This document shows, piece after piece, positions 17,148 through 24,661 of a stretch of 32,000 bases of DNA. The notes under the pieces are model-generated. The model was given only the letters and a program-made list of their open reading frames with translations, was not told the origin of the DNA and made no database searches. The stretch covers positions 390,001 to 422,000 of the forward strand of contig CP012986.1 of NCBI GenBank assembly GCA_001761425.1, given 5' to 3'. This stretch comes from Candidatus Saccharimonadota bacterium. Lineage in GTDB: Archaea > Nanohalarchaeota > Nanosalinia > Nanosalinales > Nanosalinaceae. Within the stretch, counting starts at the first letter, position 1, and each line of letters opens with the position of its first letter. Made by a program: the position numbers and the translations under genes.

Positions 17148-17182
17148 GCCTCTGAATTCTCCTGGTTGGAAGGGAAAATCAC

Positions 17183-17190
17183 TATAAAAT
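17183..17190 (+). promoter_or_regulatory. TATA box TATAAAAT about 26 nt upstream of ATG 17212
   Basis: Canonical archaeal TATA spacing, which suggests a leaderless mRNA for the membrane protein gene. Confidence 0.45.
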
Positions 17191-17211
17191 CCGGGTGACA
17201 ATTTGATTAAT

Positions 17212-18159
17212 ATGTCTCTTTACGCTCTTGAAAACTTGGATGAGGCGATGGAGGAGACCAAAGATCTTCTGCTTCCTTTTGACCTCATGGCCTGGACTAA
17301 AATAGCTATAATCGCATTACTGGCTAGCGGAGTAAGCCTCCCGAACCTCCCGACAATGGGTGCTCCTGGCGGAGAAGGAGACCAGGTATATACACCGGAT
17401 ACTGATTTTGAGAACACGCCTGATGTCTCTGCAGGTCTTGGAGACATACCTGTGACGGGTATGGCCACTGGGACGGTGACAGACACAGTTGCTGTTGCAG
17501 TACTTGCCTTTGCAGTGCTTTTAGCAGGATTTTTCATGTATATCTCCAGTGTATTCCAGTTCATCTTTTACCGGACTGTACTGGATAAAAAACCTGTCAT
17601 AGTAGAAAACGTTAGAAAAAATGCCTACAGAGGCCTCAGATACTTTGGATTCCAGATAGTGATCTTATTACTTGCGCTTGCAGGTCTTTTAGTACCTGCA
17701 GCTCTGATGTCTGTAGGAAATCTGGTGGCTCTTGCAGCTTTGATAGTGTTCTGGATACCTTATGTGATTGTCCTAAGTGTCTTGATGAGTCTGGTACACG
17801 ATATAGCACTTCTCAGGATGATGGAGGAAAAAGAAGGCCTTATTGAGGCCTGGAGAAATGTCTGGCCTGAGATAAAGAAGCAGTGGAGGCAGGTCTTAGC
17901 GTTCCTGTTTGTCAAGTTCTTCATTAATGCAGCGATAGGAGTAGCACTGCTTATGATAACGCTTGCGATCATTATAGGCCTGATTATTCCGTTCGGCATC
18001 CTGGGTATCCTGGCTGGTGTGGTTCATCCTGTGCTTGCGTTCCTGGTACTTGTCGCAGGGATCATCACGTTCACAGTCATCATTATCTACGTGAGGATGC
18101 CGTTCTCGGTCTATGTTTACACCTACGTCATACAGTTCTACCACGATCTCACGTCGTGA
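17212..18159 (+). CDS. Polytopic membrane protein (conserved archaeal type, function unknown)
   Basis: About 6-7 hydrophobic helices. The N-terminus MSLYALENLDEAMEETKDLLLPFDLMAWTKIAIIALL resembles a motif I recall from haloarchaeal membrane proteins of unknown function. Confidence 0.7.
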   Translation: MSLYALENLDEAMEETKDLLLPFDLMAWTKIAIIALLASGVSLPNLPTMGAPGGEGDQVYTPDTDFENTPDVSAGLGDIPVTGMATGTVTDTVAVAVLAFAVLLAGFFMYISSVFQFIFYRTVLDKKPVIVENVRKNAYRGLRYFGFQIVILLLALAGLLVPAALMSVGNLVALAALIVFWIPYVIVLSVLMSLVHDIALLRMMEEKEGLIEAWRNVWPEIKKQWRQVLAFLFVKFFINAAIGVALLMITLAIIIGLIIPFGILGILAGVVHPVLAFLVLVAGIITFTVIIIYVRMPFSVYVYTYVIQFYHDLTS

Positions 18160-18171
18160 AGGGAAAATTTT

Positions 18172-18208
18172 TGGAGGTGAGGCCTCCAGCCTTTCTCTCC
18201 ACTTTTTT
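18172..18208 (+). terminator. Hairpin TGGAGG-tgagg-CCTCCA followed by a T6 run
   Basis: Lies 13 nt after the stop of the 17212-18159 gene. The oligo-T at 18203-18208 is the usual archaeal termination signal. Confidence 0.4.
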
Positions 18209-18255
18209 GGGAAAAAGAAAAAATGAAGGGGGGGGAGGGGGGAATATAATTTCTT

Positions 18256-18399
18256 TTACAGCTCTGCTCCGTACTCTCGAAGCAGTAATCTGATAGATTC
18301 GTGGAAGGCATCGGTCTTGTCCTTGAAGACGCCTCTCTCGACCATTTCTTCGACCTCGTTGTTCAATCTATCTGAGAGCCTTACTGAGACCATAGCCAT
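18256..18399 (-). CDS. Ribbon-helix-helix (CopG/Arc/MetJ-like) DNA-binding protein, 47 aa; not in the ORF track
   Basis: Codon-by-codon hand translation gives MAMVSVRLSDRLNNEVEEMVERGVFKDKTDAFHESIRLLLREYGAEL*. The pattern is a beta-strand (VSVRLSD) followed by two helices, which is typical of RHH proteins. Confidence 0.7.
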   Translation of the reverse strand: MAMVSVRLSDRLNNEVEEMVERGVFKDKTDAFHESIRLLLREYGAEL

Positions 18400-18405
18400 C
18401 CAACT

Positions 18406-18459
18406 ATGTAATACATTTGCAGAACTCTATTATAAAGGTAAGGCCTTTCTGTATTACAG
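18406..18459. promoter_or_regulatory. Palindromes ATGTA-A-TACAT (18406-18416) and CTGTA-T-TACAG (18449-18459) flanking a TTTATAAT box (18430-18437, minus strand)
   Basis: Read directly. The proximal site lies between the TATA-like box and the RHH ATG (18399), and both sites share a TGTA-N-TACA core. Confidence 0.5.
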
Positions 18460-18511
18460 AGGTTTTTCGTATGGGAAAAGTCTTTTCTGTGGTTTTTCTT
18501 TGTTTAAGTGT

Positions 18512-19750
18512 TTAGAAATCGGTTATTGAGGCCTGGCGGGAGCCTATTATCTTGGATTTTTGTTTGAGTCTGTGGTACAGGAATTTGAATTCGGTTCCTA
18601 TGGTCTGTTTGACTTCTTTGAAGGTGTTGAGTTCTTTTTTCTCGTTGAATGCGTTTCTCATTGTTTCTCTGATGACCCAGACTCCGAGAGGTGCCCAGTA
18701 TTCTGGGCTTACGTCGCGGAGTATCAGGGCTTTTGCCTGTCTTTTTCTGTTTCTCAGGTGTTCCAGTGTTCCCAGTCTTGCTGCGTAGAATGCTCCTGCT
18801 GTCTGTTCTGCGTAGGAGGTTCTGCCGCTGTAAGGTTCGTAGTTCTGTGCTATATAGGTGTTTTCTGCTGTGTTCGGAGGCTTTCCGGTGGAAAGGCTTC
18901 CTTGAGTATCCGACTTTGAAGAGGTCGATGCGTTCCATACGGAGCCAGGCCTTTTCATTTCGATAAGCTCGTATTCCCAGCGTCCGGGGATGAGGAATAT
19001 GTGGAAGTCGTTGCCGACGTATTCATTGTTGTAGTATTCGATCTGGCCGAGTTGCTGGAAGTCTTTCACCTGTCTTCTCAGTTTTTTCGAGATCATGTCG
19101 TCGGTTGCCGTAATGCTCCATCTTGTGGGTACGAGTTCCCTGTTTTCGTCTTCTCCTAGCATACCGGCTGTAAAAGACTGCTGTATCTGGTACTTGTCCA
19201 CTCCTTTATCATGTAACTCGTCTATAGCAGTCTCAGCTTTTGCATCTCTGTCATAGAACATGTCTTCGATCTTTCTCTCTACAGAAGGATTTTCTCCCAG
19301 GTTGAAGGCCTCAACGTCGCCTGAGGCAGAGACAGGTTTTGCTCTTCCGCCTGAGATGCTTTGTCCAGGCCTTTTCTCAAGTTCTACTTCTATGTTTACA
19401 GGTTTTTTCGCCATTGCGATCTCTCTTGTGTTTTTGGCGAAGTTTCCTGGCTTTTTTACCTTCTGTCTTTCTTTGGAGTTGACCAGGGAGGTCCTGAGTG
19501 ATGCTATTTTCTCTATGCTGTAGTTTTTTCTGTACCAGTTTTTTGGTGAGTCCATGAGGCCTGAGCTTCCTAGCGGTTGCTGAGGTGATAGGACTCCGGT
19601 GTTGACTTCGGGATAGTTGTGGCTTCCGATGAAAATGCTTGGTGAGGTTCCTTGGAAACTCTTTTTTCTTTCCTGTGAGGGCATTACTTTCTCGAGTTTT
19701 CTTCTGGCTTCCTCTTCAGAAATACCTTTTGCGAGTTTGCCGTATCCCAT
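18512..19750 (-). CDS. nreA: NreA-like DNA repair protein (archaeal Nre N- and C-terminal domains)
   Basis: Contains SPSIFIGSHNYPEVNTGVLSP, the characteristic Nre N-terminal motif. The length is 412 aa, and the C-terminal RQASITDF resembles a terminal PCNA-interaction (PIP-like) peptide. Confidence 0.7.
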   Translation of the reverse strand: MGYGKLAKGISEEEARRKLEKVMPSQERKKSFQGTSPSIFIGSHNYPEVNTGVLSPQQPLGSSGLMDSPKNWYRKNYSIEKIASLRTSLVNSKERQKVKKPGNFAKNTREIAMAKKPVNIEVELEKRPGQSISGGRAKPVSASGDVEAFNLGENPSVERKIEDMFYDRDAKAETAIDELHDKGVDKYQIQQSFTAGMLGEDENRELVPTRWSITATDDMISKKLRRQVKDFQQLGQIEYYNNEYVGNDFHIFLIPGRWEYELIEMKRPGSVWNASTSSKSDTQGSLSTGKPPNTAENTYIAQNYEPYSGRTSYAEQTAGAFYAARLGTLEHLRNRKRQAKALILRDVSPEYWAPLGVWVIRETMRNAFNEKKELNTFKEVKQTIGTEFKFLYHRLKQKSKIIGSRQASITDF

Positions 19751-19783
19751 GATTGATTATTGGGTAGAAATTCTTGTAACTGT

Positions 19784-21535
19784 TTACAGTTTCCAGTGAG
19801 GGTCTTTCGAATCTTTGATATCCACGGTTTCGTCCAGGATGTCTTTTTCTCCTGCTGTGAGAAGATCGCTAAGCTCTTTCAGTTGCTTGTATTCTTTGCC
19901 TGAGATGTTGACGTAGAGAACGTCTCCTTCTTCGAAGTCTCTGCCTACTGTCGCATTTGAGATAGATACTGCGACCTGAGAGCCTTTCTCCGCTTTCTCA
20001 ACTTTTTCGTTCTGTTCCTGGATGCTCTTCACGTTCCCGATGGATACTCCTTCCTTGTTCATAACTCCTCCGCCGTTTAAAACTCCGTCAAGGATCTTGA
20101 CGCCTACGACAGCAGGATCTGAGGAACGGAAGACATGGTCATGTAAAACTTCGATCTTTGCAGGCCTCGAAACTGCTTTTAAGGCCTTCTGCCTTTTTTT
20201 CCTCTGTAGTTGTTCTTTCCAGGCCTGGTAGTCCTCTATTATTTCGTATACGACTTCGCTCTGAAAGATCTTGATGTCTCTGTCTCTTGCTGCTTTTTTC
20301 CCCTGTTCTGTGGTGCCTGTGTTGAATGCGATGATCGCTCTCTCCTCTGGATTCTCGTTTTGAACCTCTGCTATATTGGATTTCTTTACAGGTCCTACTT
20401 CGGCTTTCTGAACATTGATATCTAGGTCCTTGACTTCTCTCATGACTGCTTCAAGACTGCCGAGAGAGTCTGCCTTGACCACGATTCCCTGGTTCTGGGT
20501 TTCGAACTGGCCGAGTTCAAGTTCCTCTTCGACTTCTTTCCTTGCTTTTTCAAGTTCTTCATCGCTCGCAGTCCTGACTGGTGCACCGGAGATAACGTCT
20601 TCCAGGTCTTTACCGGAGATCTTGACTCCTGATGCAGGATGAACTTCGTCTACCTCGTCGTATTGTTTGTCTAGACGGATTTCCTGGAGAGGCCTTGGCT
20701 CCAGGAGTGCACGGATCTCTGTTACTTTTGCTCCGTCCGCTGTTCCGTAGACAAGGTTATTTTTTTTCTTCATGATGCCGTCGTAGTGGATTACGTCGAT
20801 TGTTGTTCCCAGGCCTTTTTCCTGTGAGACTTCCAGTACTGTTCCGCGTCCGATTTCTTTGTTTATCTCCAGTTTGTCGGCGAGGTAGTTCTGGCTGAGG
20901 CCTGTTACTACCATCAGTAGTTCTGGGATTCCTACTCCGCTCATGGCGGAGATTGGTACGAGTGCTGCTTTTTTCTGGAAGTCGTCGACTCTGTCGAATC
21001 TGTCTGTCATTATGTCGTATTCGTCCAGTTCTCCCATCAGTTTGTAGATTTCTTCGTCAATTTTTTTCTGGACTCTCTGTGGTTGTTCCTGGATGGCCTG
21101 TGTGAACATTTTTCCTGTTTCTTTCCAGCCTGAAAGCTTGTCTATCTTGTTTAATGCGATGACGAACGGTGTTCCGCTTTCTTTGAGTATTTTTATGGCT
21201 TCTTCTGTCTGTGGCTGGACGCCTTCCTCTATGTCTACTATGAGGATTGCGATGTCGGATATGCTTCCTCCTCTTTTCCTCAGGCTTGAGAATGCTGCGT
21301 GCCCTGGTGTGTCAATGAACATGAGGCCTGGTGTCTCGAGGTCGGTCTCTAACTGGTCAAGGAGAGGCCCACACACGTCTTCGACAGTGCTGAGCGGTAC
21401 TTCTGTGGCCCCTATCATCTGTGTGATGCCGCCTGATTCTCCTTCTACTATCTTTGATTCACGGATATTGTCGAGAAGAGTAGTTTTTCCTGAGTCTACA
21501 TGTCCCAGGACTGAAAGTATTGGTTGGCGCGGCAT
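19784..21535 (-). CDS. infB: Translation initiation factor aIF5B (IF-2)
   Basis: GTPase motifs are present: G1 GHVDSGKTTLLD, DTPGH and NKID. The length is 583 aa with the typical four-domain size. Confidence 0.95.
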   Translation of the reverse strand: MPRQPILSVLGHVDSGKTTLLDNIRESKIVEGESGGITQMIGATEVPLSTVEDVCGPLLDQLETDLETPGLMFIDTPGHAAFSSLRKRGGSISDIAILIVDIEEGVQPQTEEAIKILKESGTPFVIALNKIDKLSGWKETGKMFTQAIQEQPQRVQKKIDEEIYKLMGELDEYDIMTDRFDRVDDFQKKAALVPISAMSGVGIPELLMVVTGLSQNYLADKLEINKEIGRGTVLEVSQEKGLGTTIDVIHYDGIMKKKNNLVYGTADGAKVTEIRALLEPRPLQEIRLDKQYDEVDEVHPASGVKISGKDLEDVISGAPVRTASDEELEKARKEVEEELELGQFETQNQGIVVKADSLGSLEAVMREVKDLDINVQKAEVGPVKKSNIAEVQNENPEERAIIAFNTGTTEQGKKAARDRDIKIFQSEVVYEIIEDYQAWKEQLQRKKRQKALKAVSRPAKIEVLHDHVFRSSDPAVVGVKILDGVLNGGGVMNKEGVSIGNVKSIQEQNEKVEKAEKGSQVAVSISNATVGRDFEEGDVLYVNISGKEYKQLKELSDLLTAGEKDILDETVDIKDSKDPHWKL

Positions 21536-21665
21536 CTGGCTTCACCTTTAATCGAACATTCGATAGAAATCTTAAAAACACGTACGGCACATAGAGTCGA
21601 GGAGAAATCTGTGGGAAAATTAAGGAGAAAAGCGATGTGTGGAAGAAAGGGCTTTCGGAAGGCCT

Positions 21666-21818
21666 TTACTCTTCTTTTCTGTGGCTGTGGTTCCTGTTGT
21701 TTTGCCAGTCTTTTTCGCATTTGGCGGAGCAGAAACGTTTTCTTTCTCCGCTTGTGAGGACTAGCATCTTTCCTTCTGTTTTCCGTACTTCTTCGCCGCA
21801 GTAGTCACATTCTGTCAT
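21666..21818 (-). CDS. rpl24e: 50S ribosomal protein L24e (eL24), 50 aa; not in the ORF track
   Basis: Hand translation gives MTECDYCGEEVRKTEGKMLVLTSGERKRFCSAKCEKDWQNNRNHSHRKEE*, with the CxxC...FCSxKC zinc-ribbon pattern of eL24. It lies 4 nt downstream of rps28e. Confidence 0.85.
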   Translation of the reverse strand: MTECDYCGEEVRKTEGKMLVLTSGERKRFCSAKCEKDWQNNRNHSHRKEE

Positions 21819-21822
21819 TTTT

Positions 21823-21999
21823 CTATCCCTCCATTTCTGTTTCTTTGATGTGTACTACGTCGTCTTCACGGATAGGGCCTCTGACGTTTCTTACGAGGAT
21901 TTTTCCTTCTTCAGGCCCTTCGATTACTCTGCATCGGATCTTGCGGACGCTTCTGTGGCCTTGTTCTCCGATGACTTCGATTACTTTTGCTGTTACCAT
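21823..21999 (-). CDS. rps28e: 30S ribosomal protein S28e (eS28), 58 aa; not in the ORF track
   Basis: Hand translation gives MVTAKVIEVIGEQGHRSVRKIRCRVIEGPEEGKILVRNVRGPIREDDVVHIKETEMEG*. It fits the conserved rpl7ae-rps28e-rpl24e order. Confidence 0.9.
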   Translation of the reverse strand: MVTAKVIEVIGEQGHRSVRKIRCRVIEGPEEGKILVRNVRGPIREDDVVHIKETEMEG

Positions 22000-22024
22000 G
22001 ATTTTTCACTTTGTGAAGGGAATT

Positions 22025-22402
22025 TTATTCCTCTTCTTCTTTGTCAAGTAGTTCAGCTGCTTTTTCAGCTACTTCTTCTACGTCGTCTTCCGCGTTGCCG
22101 GTGTTTGTAACTGCGATGGCTGCGGACTGTACCTGGATGCCTGCTGCAAGGCCTAGTTCTTCTTTGTCAGGTACGAACGTGTAGGGAATATCTCTTTCCT
22201 CTGCAAGGCTTGGAAGATGCATAACGATCTCTTCTGGAGAAACATTGCCTGCTATTACAACTAGGTCGGCTTCGTTTCTCTCGATTGCCTTTGTAACTTC
22301 GTTAGTACCGATTACAACTTTGCCGGTATCTTCAGATTTTTCTACTGCGTCATACGTCTGTTCAGCGAGTGATTCGCTTGGTTCAAACTTCTCATAGCTC
22401 AT
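22025..22402 (-). CDS. rpl7ae: 50S ribosomal protein L7Ae (K-turn binding; C/D and H/ACA RNP component)
   Basis: Contains GTNEVTKAIERNEADLVVIAGNVSPEEIVMHLPSLAEERDIPYTFV. I chose the ATG at 22402 (the track uses GTG 22414); an AGGUG Shine-Dalgarno-like motif lies about 8 nt upstream. Confidence 0.9.
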   Translation of the reverse strand: MSYEKFEPSESLAEQTYDAVEKSEDTGKVVIGTNEVTKAIERNEADLVVIAGNVSPEEIVMHLPSLAEERDIPYTFVPDKEELGLAAGIQVQSAAIAVTNTGNAEDDVEEVAEKAAELLDKEEEE

Positions 22403-22500
22403 TTTTTGGTACACCTTTCACAACCTTGGGTCATCAAGGCTTACAACGAAGAATTAGTTGAAACTTTTTTATACCATATCCGAACAACAGGCCTTGTCCT

Positions 22501-22728
22501 TTACTCGTGTTCGGGATCGAACTCTGCTAGTTTCTCGCTTTCGATCCAGTCAAGCTCCTCTTCCAAATCTCTTATCAGCATGTTGAGATCGTGCTCCTGC
22601 CGTGATGTAGAGATGTCCATCTGCTCTATCTCACTGATCAGCTCCTCTTTCAAGGCCTGGACCAGTTTCTGTCTGGACCTAGAATCTCTGTATTCGCTCA
22701 GGTGCTCTCTGAGTTCTTCCTTTTCCAT
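22501..22728 (-). CDS. Small acidic helical hypothetical protein (75 aa)
   Basis: ORF only. It has proteome-like composition and is co-directional between the 250-aa acidic ORF and rpl7ae. Confidence 0.45.
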   Translation of the reverse strand: MEKEELREHLSEYRDSRSRQKLVQALKEELISEIEQMDISTSRQEHDLNMLIRDLEEELDWIESEKLAEFDPEHE

Positions 22729-22755
22729 AGAGAATTATGCGGTTGTAAATGTTTT

Positions 22756-23508
22756 TTACTTTTCGTCCGAGACTGCTCTCTCAAGCTCGTCTCTTCTCTC
22801 CTCGAATTCGTTCAGAAGACTTTGAGCCTCTTCCTCTGTATCACCGGCTTCGTCGCTCCTTCTATCAAGATCATCCATCACAGCATCCATCTCATGAGAG
22901 ATATTCCTCATTTCATGGACAAGATTTTTCACCTTCTCGAACTTGTTGACCTCGAGAAAAAGAGAGTTACCTTCAGCACTCATCTGGGAAAGTTCCTGAG
23001 TAGCAGTTGATTCATCCACATCCGACTCTTCGTACTCAACTTCTCCAGTATCCTCGATATTCTCCAGTTGATTCTCCTTCTCCCTCATCTGATGCTGGAT
23101 CTCTTCCTTCAGGCCTCTCAGACTCTCATCAAGTCCCTGATCCGAGGCCTGGCCCTGGGATTCTTTCTGAACGTGTTCTTGGACCTGCTGTTCAACATTG
23201 GAAACATCTGAATTATTTTCCTGAGGCCTCCATTCCTGCGGATCTGCGGAATCCTGCTGAGCGTTAGAATTCTCCTGGACGTCTTTTTCCTTTAAATTCT
23301 CGGGATTCTGTTCCTGGAGATTCTTCTGTTTGTCGGTGGTTTGCTGGTTCTGGGGCATGTTCTGTCCGTGGCCGAGGCCTCCGCTCTGTTTACTGGTGTT
23401 CTCGTTGTTTGAGGCCTGTTCCTGGTTGTTTTCTTTGCTTACTAGGTTCTTGATTTCTTCCATATTTTTCTCTAGCTTCTCTTTGTCACCGTTTCCTAGG
23501 TTGAACAT
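22756..23508 (-). CDS. Q/N/E-rich low-complexity acidic protein with a structured C-terminal helical region
   Basis: 250-aa ORF. The N-terminal two-thirds are compositionally biased (NQEQASNNENTSKQ...). The C-terminal part, SLFLEVNKFEKVKNLVHEMRNISHEMDAVMDDL, looks helical. Confidence 0.55.
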   Translation of the reverse strand: MFNLGNGDKEKLEKNMEEIKNLVSKENNQEQASNNENTSKQSGGLGHGQNMPQNQQTTDKQKNLQEQNPENLKEKDVQENSNAQQDSADPQEWRPQENNSDVSNVEQQVQEHVQKESQGQASDQGLDESLRGLKEEIQHQMREKENQLENIEDTGEVEYEESDVDESTATQELSQMSAEGNSLFLEVNKFEKVKNLVHEMRNISHEMDAVMDDLDRRSDEAGDTEEEAQSLLNEFEERRDELERAVSDEK

Positions 23509-23674
23509 TGTCCTATTTGACCCATTATTTACGCTCCTGTTTAAATATACTGGTTTGTTCTGGAAAGTAGAAGTTTAAGGCCTCTGGTCCAGGTTAGAAT
23601 CTTGGGTTTGAAGGCCTTTCGCTGGGATGGAGAGGTTGTGGAAAAAGGTGGGGGATATGTGGATGTGTTAAAAG

Positions 23675-24298
23675 TTATTCTTCTGTTTCTTCGTCGTCTT
23701 CGACTCTTTCGATTTCTGGCTGGAAGTCTTCTAGTTCTTGGTCGATTTCTTCTCCTCTTTCTTTTTTGGTTTCCTGTGCGAGGAGGTAGAATACTGTTCC
23801 CAGTGCGTTGTTTCCTTTGTTGTTTGCAGGGATGACGAGGTCGATGTCTTCAAGACTGTTTTCTGAGTCTGCTACTGCGATTACAGGGACTTTTGTGTCG
23901 CGTGCTTCCTGTACTGCTTGAGCGTCTGTTTCGGGGTCTGTGACGAGGACTATCTCTGGTTCTGCAAAGTTTTCGGACTGTGGGTTTGTAAGGGTTCCGG
24001 GCATGAATCGGCCGTCGACCTTTTTTGTATCCAGTGCTTTGGAGAACATACGGACAGGGAGCTGTGCTTCTTCTTTTCTCCCTACAACTAGTATATTTTC
24101 AGGTTCGTAGTCTGCTAGAAGGCTTGCCGCCTTTCTGATTCTTTTATCTGTGTCTTCCAGGTTTAGAACTGCCAGCTGGTTTTTCTTGACGTGGAAAATG
24201 TATTTTTCCATGTCCTTGTGCTGGGCCTTTGTCCCTATGTGTACACCGTTAGCGAGGTATTCATCGCGATCTATAAGTAGGTCTTCTTCATCGCTCAT
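23675..24298 (-). CDS. rps2: 30S ribosomal protein S2 (uS2)
   Basis: Contains YLANGVHIGTKAQHKDMEKYIF and VPVIAVADSENSLEDIDLVIPANNKG. An AGGUGAU Shine-Dalgarno-like motif lies 7 nt upstream of the ATG. Confidence 0.92.
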   Translation of the reverse strand: MSDEEDLLIDRDEYLANGVHIGTKAQHKDMEKYIFHVKKNQLAVLNLEDTDKRIRKAASLLADYEPENILVVGRKEEAQLPVRMFSKALDTKKVDGRFMPGTLTNPQSENFAEPEIVLVTDPETDAQAVQEARDTKVPVIAVADSENSLEDIDLVIPANNKGNNALGTVFYLLAQETKKERGEEIDQELEDFQPEIERVEDDEETEE

Positions 24299-24358
24299 CC
24301 GAAAATCACCTGATGATTTTCTGTGAGACCAGAAACTGTTCTAGTTTCGTTCATAACT

Positions 24359-24387
24359 CGGTATTTAAAGACAAATATTAAATACCG
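24359..24387. repeat. Perfect 10-bp inverted repeat CGGTATTTAA-N9-TTAAATACCG
   Basis: Read directly. It lies 61-89 nt upstream of the rps2 ATG, and each arm contains a TATA-like TATTTAA. Confidence 0.7.
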
Positions 24388-24436
24388 CTCGCCTATCGTG
24401 TTAAAAGACAGAGACCTGGGGAGGCCTTTCCGGGGC

Positions 24437-24661
24437 CTACTCCTGTTTCCCTAACTCGCTGAAATTGATATTGGCTTCCTGCTTTAACCTGTAGAAGATT
24501 ATTGCTCCGGTTATTAAGCCGGTGAGAATGGGCATGGAAAATCTTAAGGCCTCTCCGAAACCGTTTTCAGGTGCCAGAAGATCTGTTGTAAGAGCGATTG
24601 CCAGGACAGAGGCCGAGCCAAGTACTGTGTAGGTTAAGGCCTTTTTGTTGAGTTTTTTCAT
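24437..24661 (-). CDS. Small two-helix membrane protein (74 aa)
   Basis: Begins MKKLNKKALTYTVLGSASVLAIALTT.... Its ATG overlaps the enolase TGA (ATGA), implying translational coupling. The track extension to 24769 is the enolase 3' end read in another frame. Confidence 0.55.
   Translation of the reverse strand: MKKLNKKALTYTVLGSASVLAIALTTDLLAPENGFGEALRFSMPILTGLITGAIIFYRLKQEANINFSELGKQE

Noticed and set aside
18228-18242. A G8-A-G6 homopurine tract (C-rich on the minus strand) just 3' of the RHH gene.
   Set aside because: It is a single short tract with only two G-runs, so no G-quadruplex potential. It is not inside a coding region, so a phase-variation role is unsupported. Shorter G6 runs also occur at about 3456 and about 11046.
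21496-21720. A 74-aa minus-strand track ORF spanning the aIF5B start and the region downstream of rps28e.
   Set aside because: It overlaps, in a different frame, a hand-translated 50-aa ORF (21666-21818) with an unmistakable eL24 zinc-ribbon pattern. It is basic and low-complexity, so the L24e call is preferred.
22414-22439. A C-box-like UGAUGA and a GUGA in the rpl7ae leader (RNA: CCUUGAUGACCCAAGGUUGUGAAAGG), considered as an autoregulatory K-turn for L7Ae.
   Set aside because: I could not fold it into a canonical K-turn. Pairing CCUU/AAGG leaves no 3-nt bulge, and the alternative C-stem is only 2 bp. The simpler fold is a plain CCUUG/CAAGG hairpin. It is worth a structure-prediction check but is not supportable by eye.
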